Positions 36,422 through 48,070 of a stretch of DNA of 64,000 bases are shown piece by piece. Both the position numbers and the translations under genes were made by a program. The stretch comes from Eledone cirrhosa. Its lineage: Eukaryota. The DNA is taken from assembly GCA_964016885.1 (NCBI GenBank), contig OZ024744.1, positions 125,860,001 to 125,924,000 of the forward strand, given 5' to 3'. The notes beneath the pieces are model-generated. The model had not been told where the DNA came from. It saw only the letters and a list, made by a program, of their open reading frames with translations, and did not search any database. Numbering within the stretch: the stretch's first letter is position 1; every line of letters starts with the position of its first letter.

Positions 36422-39400
36422 TGAGATCGGAGAGGGAGCGATCCGTCTGCTTGATTCCGATAACGAACGAGACATTCGTATCCGAAAGAACGTTTGTCTG
36501 GAAACTGGTGCAGTCAGTGAGTCGAAAAAAAAATATCTCGGTGGTAGTAGCAAATATTCGAACGAGACATTCGTATGCGAAAGAAAAATATCTCGGTGGT
36601 AGTAGCAAATATTCGAACGAGACATTCGTATGCGAAAGAACGTTTGTCTGGAAGTGGCGATCCATGCCCGGTGGATAGTTGGTTCCGGGTTTTACTATGA
36701 TTGTTGCAAAACAGAAACTTAAAGGGATTGACAGAATTTGCGATTCCGGAGAGAGGGCGATCCGTCTGCTTGATTCCGATAACGAACGAGACATTCGTAT
36801 CCGAAAGAACGTTTGTCTGGAAACTGGTGAGTCAGTGAGTCGAAAAAAAAATATCTCGGTGGTAGTAGCAAATATTCGTATGCGAAAGAAAAGATCTCGG
36901 TGGTAGTAGCAAATATTCGAACGAGACATTCGTAGGCGAAAGAAAAATATCTCGGTGGTAGTAGCAAATATTCGAACGAGACATTCGTATGCGAAAGAAC
37001 GTTTGTCGGTGGTTGTAGCAAATATTCGAACGAGACATTCGTATGCGAAAGAACGTTTGTCTGGAAGTGGCGATCCATGCCCGGTGGATAGTTGGTTCCG
37101 GGTTTTACTATGATTGTTGCAAAACAGAAACTTAAAGGGATTGACAGAATTTGCGATTACGGAGAGGGGGCGATCCGTCTGCTTGATTCCGATAACGAAC
37201 GAGACATTCGTATCCGAAAGAACGTTTGTCTGGAAACTGGTGAGTCAGTGAGTCGAAAAAAAAATATCTCGGTGGTAGTAGCAAATATTCGAACGAGACA
37301 TTCGTATGCGAAAGAACGTTTGTCGGTGGTAGTAGCAAATATTCGAACGAGACATTCGTATGCGAAAGAACGTTTGTCTGGAAGTGGCGATCCATGCCCG
37401 GTGGATAGTTGGTTCCGGGTTTTACTATGATTGTTGCAAAACAGAAACTTAAAGGGATTGACAGAATTTGCGATTACGGAGAGGGGGCGATCCGTCTGCT
37501 TGATTCCGATAACGAACGAGACATTCGTATCCGAAAGAACGTTTGTCTGGAAACTGGTGAGTCAGTGAGTCGAAAAAAAAATATCTCGGTGGTAGTAGCA
37601 AATATTCGTATGCGAAAGAAAAGATCTCGGTGGTAGTAGCAAATATTCGAACGAGACATTCGTAGGCGAAAGAAAAATATCTCGGTGGTAGTAGCAAATA
37701 TTCGAACGAGACATTCGTATGCGAAAGAACGTTTGTCGGTGGTAGTAGCAAATATTCGAACGAGACATTCGTATGCGAAAGAACGTTTGTCGGTGGTAGT
37801 AGCAAATATTCGAACGAGACATTCGTATGCGAAAGAACGTTTGTCTGGAAGTGGCGATCCATGCCCGGTGGATAGTTGGTTCCGGGTTTTACTATGATTG
37901 TTGCAAAACAAAAACTTAAAGGGATTGACAGAATTTGCGATTCCGGAGAGAGGGCGATCCGTCTGCTTGATTCCGATAACGAACGAGACATTCGTATCCG
38001 AAAGAACGTTTGTCTGGAAACTGGTGAGTCAGTGAGTCGAAAAAAAAATATCTCGGTGGTAGTAGCAAATATTCGAACGAGACATTCGTATGCGAAAGAA
38101 CGTTTGTCGGTGGTAGTAGCAAATATTCGAACGAGACATTCGTATGCGAAAGAACGTTTGTCTGGAAGTGGCGATCCATGCCCGGTGGATAGTTGGTTCC
38201 GGGTTTTACTATGATTGTTGCAAAACAGAAACTTAAAGGGATTGACAGAATTTGCGATTCCGGAGAGAGGGCGATCCGTCTGCTTGATTCCGATAACGAA
38301 CGAGACATTCGTATCCGAAAGAACGTTTGTCTGGAAACTGGTGAGTCAGTGAGTCGAAAAAAAAATATCTCGGTGGTAGTAGCAAATATTCGAACGAGAC
38401 ATTCGTATGCGAAAGAACGTTTGTCGGTGGTAGTAGCAAATATTCGAACGAGACATTCGTATGCGAAAGAACGTTTGTCGGTGGTAGTAGCAAATATTCG
38501 AACGAGACATTCGTATGCGAAAGAACGTTTGTCTGGAAACTGGTGAGTCAGTGAGTCGAAAAAAAAATATCTCGGTGGTAGTAGCAAATATTCGAACGAG
38601 ACATTCGTATGCGAAAGAAAAATATCTCGGTGGTAGTAGCAAATATTCGAACGAGACATTCGTATGCGAAAGAACGTTTGTCTGGAAGTGGCGATCCATG
38701 CCCGGTGGATAGTTGGTTCCGGGTTTTACTATGATTGTTGCAAAACAGAAACTTAAAGGGATTGACAGAATTTGCGATTCCGGAGAGGGGGCGATCCGTC
38801 TGCTTGATTCCGATAACGAACGAGACATTCGTATCCGAAAGAACGTTTGTCTGGAAACTGGTGAGTCAGTGAGTCGAAAAAAAAAATATCTCGGTGGTAG
38901 TAGCAAATATTCGAACGAGACATTCGTATGCGAAAGAACGTTTGTCGGTGGTAGTAGCAAATATTCGAACGAGACATTCGTATGCGAAAGAACGTTTGTC
39001 GGTGGTAGTAGCAAATATTCGAACGAGACATTCGTATGCGAAAGAACGTTTGTCTGGAAGTGGCGATCCATGCCCGGTGGATAGTTGGTTCCGGGTTTTA
39101 CTATGATTGTTGCAAAACAGAAACTTAAAGGGATTGACAGAATTTGCGATTCCGGAGAGAGGGCGATCCGTCTGCTTGATTCCGATAACGAACGAGACAT
39201 TCGTATCCGAAAGAACGTTTGTCTGGAAACTGGTGAGTCAGTGAGTCGAAAAAAAAATATCTCGGTGGTAGTAGCAAATATTCGAACGAGACATTCGTAT
39301 GCGAAAGAAAAATATCTCGGTGGTAGTAGCAAATATTCGAACGAGACATTCGTATGCGAAAGAACGTTTGTCTGGAAGTGGCGATCCATGCCCGGTGGAT

Positions 39401-40812
39401 AGTTGGTTCCGGGTTTTACTATGATTGTTGCAAAACAGAAACTTAAAGGGATTGACAGAATTTGCCATTCCGGAGAGGGGGCGATCCGTCTGCTTGATTC
39501 CGATAACGAACGAGACATTCGTATCCGAAAGAACGTTTGTCTGGAAACTGGTGAGTCAGTGAGTCGAAAAAAAAATATCTCGGTGGTAGTAGCAAATATT
39601 CGTATGCGTAAGAAAAGATCTCGGTGGTAGTAGCAAATATTCGAACGAGACATTCGTATTCGAAAGAACGTTTGTCTGGAAGTTGCGATCCATGCCCGGT
39701 GGATAGTTGGTTCCGGGCTTTACTATGATTGTTGCAAAACAGAAACTTAAAGGGATTGACAGAATTTGCGATTCCGGAGAGGGGGCGATCCGTCTGCTTG
39801 ATTTCGATAACGAACGAGACATTCGTATCCGAAAGAACGTTTGTCTGGAAACTGGTGAGTCAGTGAGTCGAAAAAAAAAATATCTCGGTGGTAGTAGCAA
39901 ATATTCGAACGAGACATTCGTATGCGAAAGAACGTTTGTCGGTGGTAGTAGCAAATATTCGAACGAGACATTCGTATGCGAAAGAACGTTTGTCGGTGGT
40001 AGTAGCAAATATTCGAACGAGACATTCGTATGCGAAAGAACGTTTGTCTGGAAGTGGCGATCCATGCCCGGTGGATAGTTGGTTCCGGGTTTTACTATGA
40101 TTGTTGCAAAACAGAAACTTAAAGGGATTGACAGAATTTGCGATTCCAGAGAGAGGGCGATCCGTCTGCTTGATTCCGATAACGAACGAGACATTCGTAT
40201 CCGAAAGAACGTTTGTCTGGAAACTGGTGAATCAGTGAGTCGAAAAAAAAATATCTCGGTGGTAGTAGCAAATATTCGAACGAGACATTCGTATGCGAAA
40301 GAACGTTTGTCGGTGGTAGTAGCAAATATTCGAACGAGACATTCGTATGCGAAAGAACGTTTGTCTGGAAGTGGCGATCCATGCCCGGTGGATAGTTGGT
40401 TCCGGGTTTTACTATGATTGTTGCAAAACAAAAACTTAAAGGGATTGACAGAATTTGCGATTCCGGAGAGGGGGCGATCCGTCTGCTTGATTCCGATAAC
40501 GAACGAGACATTCGTATCCGAAAGAACGTTTGTCTGGAAACTGGTGAGTCAGTGAGTCGAAAAAAAAATATCTCGGTGGTAGTAGCAAATATTCGTATGC
40601 GAAAGAAAAGATCTCGGTGGTAGTAGCAAATATTCGAACGAGACATTCGTATGCGAAAGAAAAATATCTCGGTGGTAGTAGCAAATATTCGAACGAGACA
40701 TTCGTATTCGAAAGAACGTTTGTCTGGAAGTTGCGATCCATGCCCGGTGGATAGTTGGTTCCGGGCTTTACTATGATTGTTGCAAAACAGAAACTTAAAG
40801 GAATTGACAGAA
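36422..40812 (+). repeat. Hierarchical tandem array of shuffled 18S/28S rRNA motifs (304-520 bp units with nested ~54-bp subrepeats)
   Basis: Unit anchors (ttggttccggg) at 36679, 37092, 37409, 37876, 38193, 38713, 39085, 39403, 39707, 40079, 40396 and 40755. Confidence 0.9.
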
Positions 40813-40849
40813 TTTTCGAATCGACATCAACTCGGCTACGGCTATCCCG

Positions 40850-41190
40850 TCGAGTACGAGAGTATCGCGGGATCAGAGCAACGGTTTGCTAGGCTGCCTC
40901 TGAGCGATAACGGCTGAACGCCTCCTCTAAGCCGGAACCCTAGCCGGACCCGAGTTGTTTTTCGACAAGCGTCTCGACCTTCTTAAGGCCCATGCCTTAG
41001 TTTGGCGATTGCCGTCCGTTCGCCGACGGCGGCAGCGTCAGCGGAAATGCCATTCTGTGACGACTACGACGATTCGTCGTCGTCGTCGTCCATTCGATTT
41101 CCTGAAAGAGATAGAGACTAAAGTGATCAAATTGTTCGGAGTTACGTGCTTAGTAGAGCAGCTACCACACTGCAATCTATTGAGAGTTTT
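40850..41190 (+). pseudogene. Diverged 28S rRNA 3'-terminal fragment
   Basis: AGTACGAGAG; ggctgaacgcctc(ctc)taagccggaaccc, compared with consensus GACTGAACGCCTCTAAGTCAGAATCC; tagtagagcagctaccacactgcaatctattgaga, compared with the LSU terminal helix. Confidence 0.8.
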
Positions 41191-42851
41191 CTGACGAACG
41201 ATACAATCCGCCCACGTGGCGCCAGAAAGGGAGAAGAAAAGAAAAGTTAGACGCCGCCGATCGATCGGTTCGTTGTTTTACGTGTACACAGCTTGTGTGT
41301 GTGTCTGTATGTGATACAAGCCGCCTATCCGTCTTCCAAGTAAGTTTTGTGTGTAGACTGCGGAAAGAAATCCAATCCGCCGTCTAGGCGGTTCTGCCGC
41401 CGACCCATACTTTTGCGAGTCGCTCCCGGGAAAGACAGGCGGCAAGACGGCGTGTATACACGACGCCTTCCGTCTTCCGCCTCGAACCCGGGCAAACGTT
41501 CCTTTATTCGTCCACGCCTTCCCGCTTCGATCGCGAGAAAGTAATCAATCTGTTTTGTGTGTGTGTCTGTGTGTGATACAAATTTGTTTTCTTAATTTGA
41601 TAACCATGAATTGTTTCAACACCGGCCCTTTTAAGGGCCACTTATATTTTCAATAATCAGTTTAAATGGGTTGCACCGTAGCCACTTGGTAATACACTGC
41701 AAATCTCCCGTCAATCTATGAAGGTTTTGTAGTAGATTAGATCAAAACACAATCAGCAAGACAGTAATGGAATGAATAATATAAACATTTGTTTATAATT
41801 AAAGCCTTAAGATGTCCCTCCCTCCCTCCCTTCCTCCCTTCCTTCCTTCCTTCCTTCCTTCCTTACGATATACACTTTAATAACATTGAAACTTATTTAA
41901 TAAGTTTAAATTTTAAACACTTTTTATTCAGACGTACCGCGATAAGTAACTAGATATGTTCTAACGAATAATCCGCGATGTGGCGAGGATTACCGCGATA
42001 GGAAATTAGATACGTTCCAAAGAAATATCCGCGAAAAGTGAACCGCGATATAGCGGGTTCACCAGCCAGTGTATTACTGGTACTTTATTTTATCGACCCC
42101 CATAAGGATGAAAGGCAAAGTTAACTGTGCAATAACAAAGGGAGATAACCTCGTCTTTTTTTTTTTACGGAGTTATTTCCCTTTAAATTTTATCTATTAC
42201 TTATGATGATACAATTTAATCAGTTCTTAGCTGTCGAGACACTGCATCCTTTAAAACCTCCATGGAACAAGCTACCTGCAACAGTTGTTAGCTGTCGAGA
42301 CACTGCATCTTTTAAAACCTCCATGGAACAAACTACCTGCATCAGTTGTTAGGGTCTGAGTTCAAATCACGCCGAGGAGGTTAACTTTGCCTTTCATCCT
42401 TACGGGGTCGGTCGGAAAACGAACCATTCCCGGTTCGCTTTCGAAGCGGGTTTCCGAAAACAGCGCTTCTCTCGACCGGGCCCGTCGTCCGCTCGGCGGT
42501 GGTTTTCATCGTCCCAGGCACGGCTAACAGGCGGAGACGGGACAAACGCGCGTGTTCCTTTTTTTATCAGCCGCAGCGCCGTTCGTATATATGCTTAGGT
42601 TGTTTTTTTTTTAAATATCCTAAGTTAAGTTGGGGCTAAGTTAAGTTGGGGCTAAGTTAAGTTGAGGTTAAGTTGAGTTGGGGTTAAGTTAAGTGGGGGT
42701 TAAGTTAAGCTGGGGTTAAGTTAAGTTGAGGTTAAGTTAAGTTGGGGTTAAGTCAAGTTGGGGTTAAGTTAAGTTGGGGTTAAGTTAGGTTGGGGTTAAG
42801 TTAGGTTGGGGTTAAGTTAAGTTGGGGTTAAGTTAGGTTGCGGTTAAGTTA

Positions 42852-45800
42852 CATTCGCCGCCGGACTTCAGCTTCCTCATTTAGCATGGGCAGTTTTTCT
42901 TGAAAATCACACCACACACAGCAAATGTGTGTCCGCACATGTACCAGTAATTACAGATCGATTCCGGTGAAAATTCACTGAAAACGGGCCATCCGGCCCT
43001 GTGCGTCGATCGTGGGCCGGCCGGATGTTGACGGATCGATGTGTAATTAGAAGTACATGTGCGGACACTCATTGGCTGTGCGTGGTATGCATTTCAGCAA
43101 GATATCTCCGTAACATCAAGAGTTATGGCTGTGGAGGCACACCTAGTCAAACGTAAACAAGGTCTGGAGCGTTTACGCTTCGCGATTTTGTTTACGTTTG
43201 ACTAGGTGTGCCTCCACAGCCATAACTCTTGATGTTACGGAGATATCTTGCTGAAATGCATACCGCGCACAGCCAATGAGTGTCCGCACATGTACTTCTA
43301 ATTACACATCGATCCGTCAACATCCGGCCGGCCCACGATCGACGCACAGGGCCGGATGGCCCGTTTTCAGTGAATTTTCACCGGAATCGATCTGTAATTA
43401 CTGGTACATGTGCGGAGACACATTTGCTGTGTGTGGTGTGATTTTCAAGAAAAACTGCCCATGCTAAATGAGGAAGCTGAAGTCCGCCGGCGAATGGTGT
43501 GCTTCGAAGAAAACTAATTCGAAAATGACCGTTTGCAGGCGGAGTAACCTTTTCGATCGTGGGCCAGCCGCCCGTGGTGGGATCCATCTGTAATTACTGG
43601 TACATGTGCGGACATACATTTGCTGTGTGTGGTGTGATTTTCAAGAAGAACTGCCCATGCTAAATGAGGAAGCTGAAGTCCGCCGGCGAATGGTGTGCTT
43701 CGAAGAAAACTAATTCGAAAATGACCGTTTGCAGGCGGGGTAACCTTTTCGATCGTGGGCCAGCCGCCCGTGGTGGGATACATCTGTAATTACTGGTACA
43801 TGTGCGGACACACATTTGCTGTGTGTGGTGTGATTTTCGAGAAAGACTGCCCATGCTAAATGAGGAAGCTGAAGTCCGCCGGCGAATGGTGTGCTTCGAA
43901 GAAAACTAATTCGAAAATGACTATTTGCCGGCGGAATCACCTTTTCGGTCCTGGTCCGGCCGGATCTTGCCGGATCGATCGGAAATTTGTGGACCATGTT
44001 CGGAAGGCCATTGTGCATGTGTGGTGAAAAAAATTTGTGTCGAAATCTTCTCGGAAAATAACGGATCGCCGGCGGAGATTGCCATTTCGATCGTGGGCCG
44101 GCCGGATCTTGTCGGATCGATTCGGACATATGTGCATCGTGTTCGCAAGGCCCTTGTCTATGTGTGGTGTGATTTTCATAAAGAAATTCCGAAAAACCCA
44201 GTTTTAAATCTGATTTCGCCAAAGAATTTTGGCTATCAGATCGGGTTGAAAGGTATGGTTTCAGGTCGATCTGAAAGTCTAAAATGGAATTCACTCGGTT
44301 AGCTAACTTTTGATATATCGGAGATATCTTTCTGAAAATCACACCACACACTCCCAATGAGTGTCTGCACATGTACCAGTAATTACAGATGGATCCCACC
44401 ACGGGCGGCCGGCCCACGATCGAAAAGGTTACTCCGAAGCACACCATTCGCCGGCGGAATTCATTTAGCATGGGCAGTTTTTCTTGAAAATCACACCACA
44501 CACAGCCAATGAGTGTCCGCACATGTACCAGTAATTACAGATGGATCCCACCACGGGCGGCTGGCCCACGATCGAAAAGGTTACTCCGCCTGCAAACGGT
44601 CATTTTCGAATTAGTTTTCTTCGAAGCACACCATTCGCCGGCGGACTTCAGCTTCCTCATTTAGCATGGGCAGTTTTTCTCGAAAATCACACCACACACA
44701 GCAAATGTGTGTCCGCACATGTACCAGTAATTACAGATCGATTCCGGTGAAAATTCACTGAAAACGGGCCATTCTGCCCTGTGCGTCGATCGTGGGCCGG
44801 CCGGATGTTGACGGATCGATGTGTAATTAGAAGTACATGTGCGGACACTCATTGGCTGTGCGTGGTATGCATTTCAGCAAGATATCTCCGTAACATCAAG
44901 AGTTATGGCTGTGGAGGCACACCTAGTCAAACGTAAACAAGCTCTGGAGCGTATACGCTTCGCGATTTTGTTTACGTTTGACTAGGTGTGCCTCCACAGC
45001 CACAACTCTTGATGTTACGGAGATATCTTGCTGAAATGCATACCACGCACAGCCAATGAGTGTCCGCACATGTACTTCTAATTACACATCGATCCGTCAA
45101 CATCCGGCCGGCCCACGATCGACGCACAGGGCCGGATGGCCCGTTTGCAGTGAATTTTCACCGGAATCGATCTGTAATTACTGGTACATGTGCGGACACA
45201 CATTTGCTGTGTGTGGTGTGATTTTCACGAAAAACTGCCCATGCTAAATGAGGAAGCTGAAGTCCGCCGGCGAATGGTGTGCTTCGAAGAAAACTAATTC
45301 GAAAATGACCGTTTGCAGGCGGAGTAACCTTTTCGATCGTGGGCCAGCCGCCCGTGGTGGGATACATCTGTAATTACTGGTACATGTGCGGACACACATT
45401 TGCTGTGTGTGGTGTGATTTTCGAGAAAGACTGCCCATGCTAAATGAGGAAGCTGAAGTCCGCCGGCGAATGGTGTGCTTCGAAGAAAACTAATTCGAAA
45501 ATGACTATTTGCCGGCGGAATCACCTTTTCGGTCCTGGTCCGGCCGGATCTTGCCGGATCGATCGGAAATTTGTGGACCATGTTCGGAAGGCCATTGTGC
45601 ATGTGTGGTGAAAAGAATTTGTGTCGAAATCTTCTCGGAAAATAACGGATCGCCGGCGGAGATTGCCATTTCGATCGTGGGCCGGCCGGATCTTGTCGGA
45701 TCGATTCGGACATATGTGCATCGTGTTCGCAAGGCCCTTGTCTATGTGTGGTGTGATTTTCATAAAGAAATTCCGAAAAACCCAGTTTTAAATCTGATTT

Positions 45801-48070
45801 CGCCAAAGAATTTTGGCTATCAGATCGGGTTGAAAGGTATGGTTTCAGGTCGATCTGAAAGTCTAAAATGGAATTCACTCGGTTAGCTAACTTTTGATAT
45901 ATCGGAGATATCTTTCTGAAAATCACACCACACACTCCCAATGAGTGTCTGCACATTTACCAGTAATTACAGATGGATCCCACCACGGGCGGCCGGCCCA
46001 CGATCGAAAAGGTTACTCCGAAGCACACCATTCGCCGGCGGAATTCATTTAGCATGGGCAGTTTTTCTCGAAAATCACACCACACACAGCCAATGAGTGT
46101 CCGCACATGTACCAGTAATTACAGATGGATCCCACCACGGGCGGCTGGCCCACGATCGAAAAGGTTACTCCGCCTGCAAACGGTCATTTTCGAATTCGTT
46201 TTCTTCGAAGCACACGATTCGCCGGCGGACTTCAGCTGCCTCATTTAGCATGGGCAGTTTTTCTCGAAAATCACACCACACACAGCAAATGTGTGTCCGC
46301 ACATGTACCAGTAATTACAGATCGATTCCGGTGAAAATTCACTGAAAACGGGCCATTCGGCCCTGTGCGTCGATCGTGGGCCGGCCGGATGTTGACGGAT
46401 CGATGTGTAATTAGAAGTACATGTGCGGACACTCATTGGCTGTGCGTGGTATGCATTTCAGCAAGATATCTCCGTAACATCAAGAGTTATGGCTGTGGAG
46501 GCACACCTAGTCAAACGTAAACAAGCTCTGGAGCGTATACGCTTCGCGATTTTGTTTACGTTTGACTAGGTGTGCCTCCACAGCCACAACTCTTGATGTT
46601 ACGGAGATATCTTGCTGAAATGCATACCACGCACAGCCAATGAGTGTCCGCACATGTACTTCTAATTACACATCGATCCGTCAACATCCGGCCGGCCCAC
46701 GATCGACGCACAGGGCCGGATGGCCCGTTTGCAGTGAATTTTCACCGGAATCGATCTGTAATTACTGGTACATGTGCGGACACACATTTGCTGTGTGTGG
46801 TGTGATTTTCGAGAAAGACTGCCCATGCTAAATGAGGAAGCTGAAGTCCGCCGGCGAATGGTGTGCTTCGAAGAAAACTAATTCGAAAATGACTATTTGC
46901 CGGCGGAATCACCTTTTCGGTCCTGGTCCGGCCGGATCTTGCCGGATCGATCGGAAATTTGTGGACCATGTTCGGAAGGCCATTGTGCATGTGTGGTGAA
47001 AAAAATTTGTGTCGAAATCTTCTCGGAAAATAACGGATCGCCGGCGGAGATTGCCATTTCGATCGTGGGCCGGCCGGATCTTGTCGGATCGATTCGGACA
47101 TATGTGCATCGTGTTCGCAAGGCCCTTGTCTATGTGTGGTGTGATTTTCATAAAGAAATTCCGAAAAACCCAGTTTTAAATCTGATTTCGCCAAAGAATT
47201 TTGGCTATCAGATCGGGTTGAAAGGTATGGTTTCAGGTCGATCTGAAAGTCTAAAATGGAATTCACTCGGTTAGCTAACTTTTGATATATCGGAGATATC
47301 TTTCTGAAAATCACACCACACACTCCCAATGAGTGTCTGCACATGTACCAGTAATTACAGATGGATCCCACCACGGGCGGCCGGCCCACGATCGAAAAGG
47401 TTACTCCGAAGCACACCATTCGCCGGCGGAATTCATTTAGCATGGGCAGTTTTTCTCGAAAATCACACCACACACAGCCAATGAGTGTCCGCACATGTAC
47501 CAGTAATTACAGATGGATCCCACCACGGGCGGCTGGCCCACGATCGAAAAGGTTACTCCGCCTGCAAACGGTCATTTTCGAATTAGTTTTCTTCGAAGCA
47601 CACCATTCGCCGGCGGACTTCAGCTTCCTCATTTAGCATGGGCAGTTTTTCTTGAAAATCACACCACACACAGCAAATGTGTGTCCGCACATGTACCAGT
47701 AATTACAGATCGATTCCGGTGAAAATTCACTGAAAACGGGCCATTCGGCCCTGTGCGTCGATCGTGGGCCGGCCGGATGTTGACGGATCGATGTGTAATT
47801 AGAAGTACATGTGCGGACACTCATTGGCTGTGCGTGGTATGCATTTCACTAAGATATCTCCGTAACATCAAGAGTTATGGCTGTGGAGGCACACCTAGTC
47901 AAACGTAAACAAGGTCTGGAGCGTTTACGCTTCGCGATTTTGTTTACGTTTGACTAGGTGTGCCTCCACAGCGACAACTCTTGATGTTACGGAGATATCT
48001 TGCTGAAATTCATACCACGCACAGCCAATGAGTGTCCGCACATGTACCTGTAATTACACATCGATCCGAC
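42852..48070. repeat. Foldback array, unit 2 (periods 1780, 1584, 1388)
   Basis: Palindrome spacers start at 43161, 44941, 46525 and 47913. Confidence 0.95.

Noticed and set aside
36667-36686. 5.8S-like words (CGGTGGAT here, GAATCGACATC near 40818)
   Set aside because: Matches of 8-11 nt are too short to call without a covariance-model search.
36422-40812. CRISPR-like array, or long ORFs of up to 435 aa
   Set aside because: There are no unique spacers and no cas genes in a eukaryotic context. The ORFs are translations of tandem repeats.
36235-41190. Functional 18S-5.8S-28S rRNA gene
   Set aside because: Only ~187 nt of 18S and a diverged 28S tail are present. The interior is a tandem array, and normally invariant positions are substituted.
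41935-42062. CCGCGAT-rich segment with hairpin GTGAACCGC..GCGGGTTCAC, possibly a pogo/Tigger MITE end
   Set aside because: No partner TIR or target-site duplication was found.
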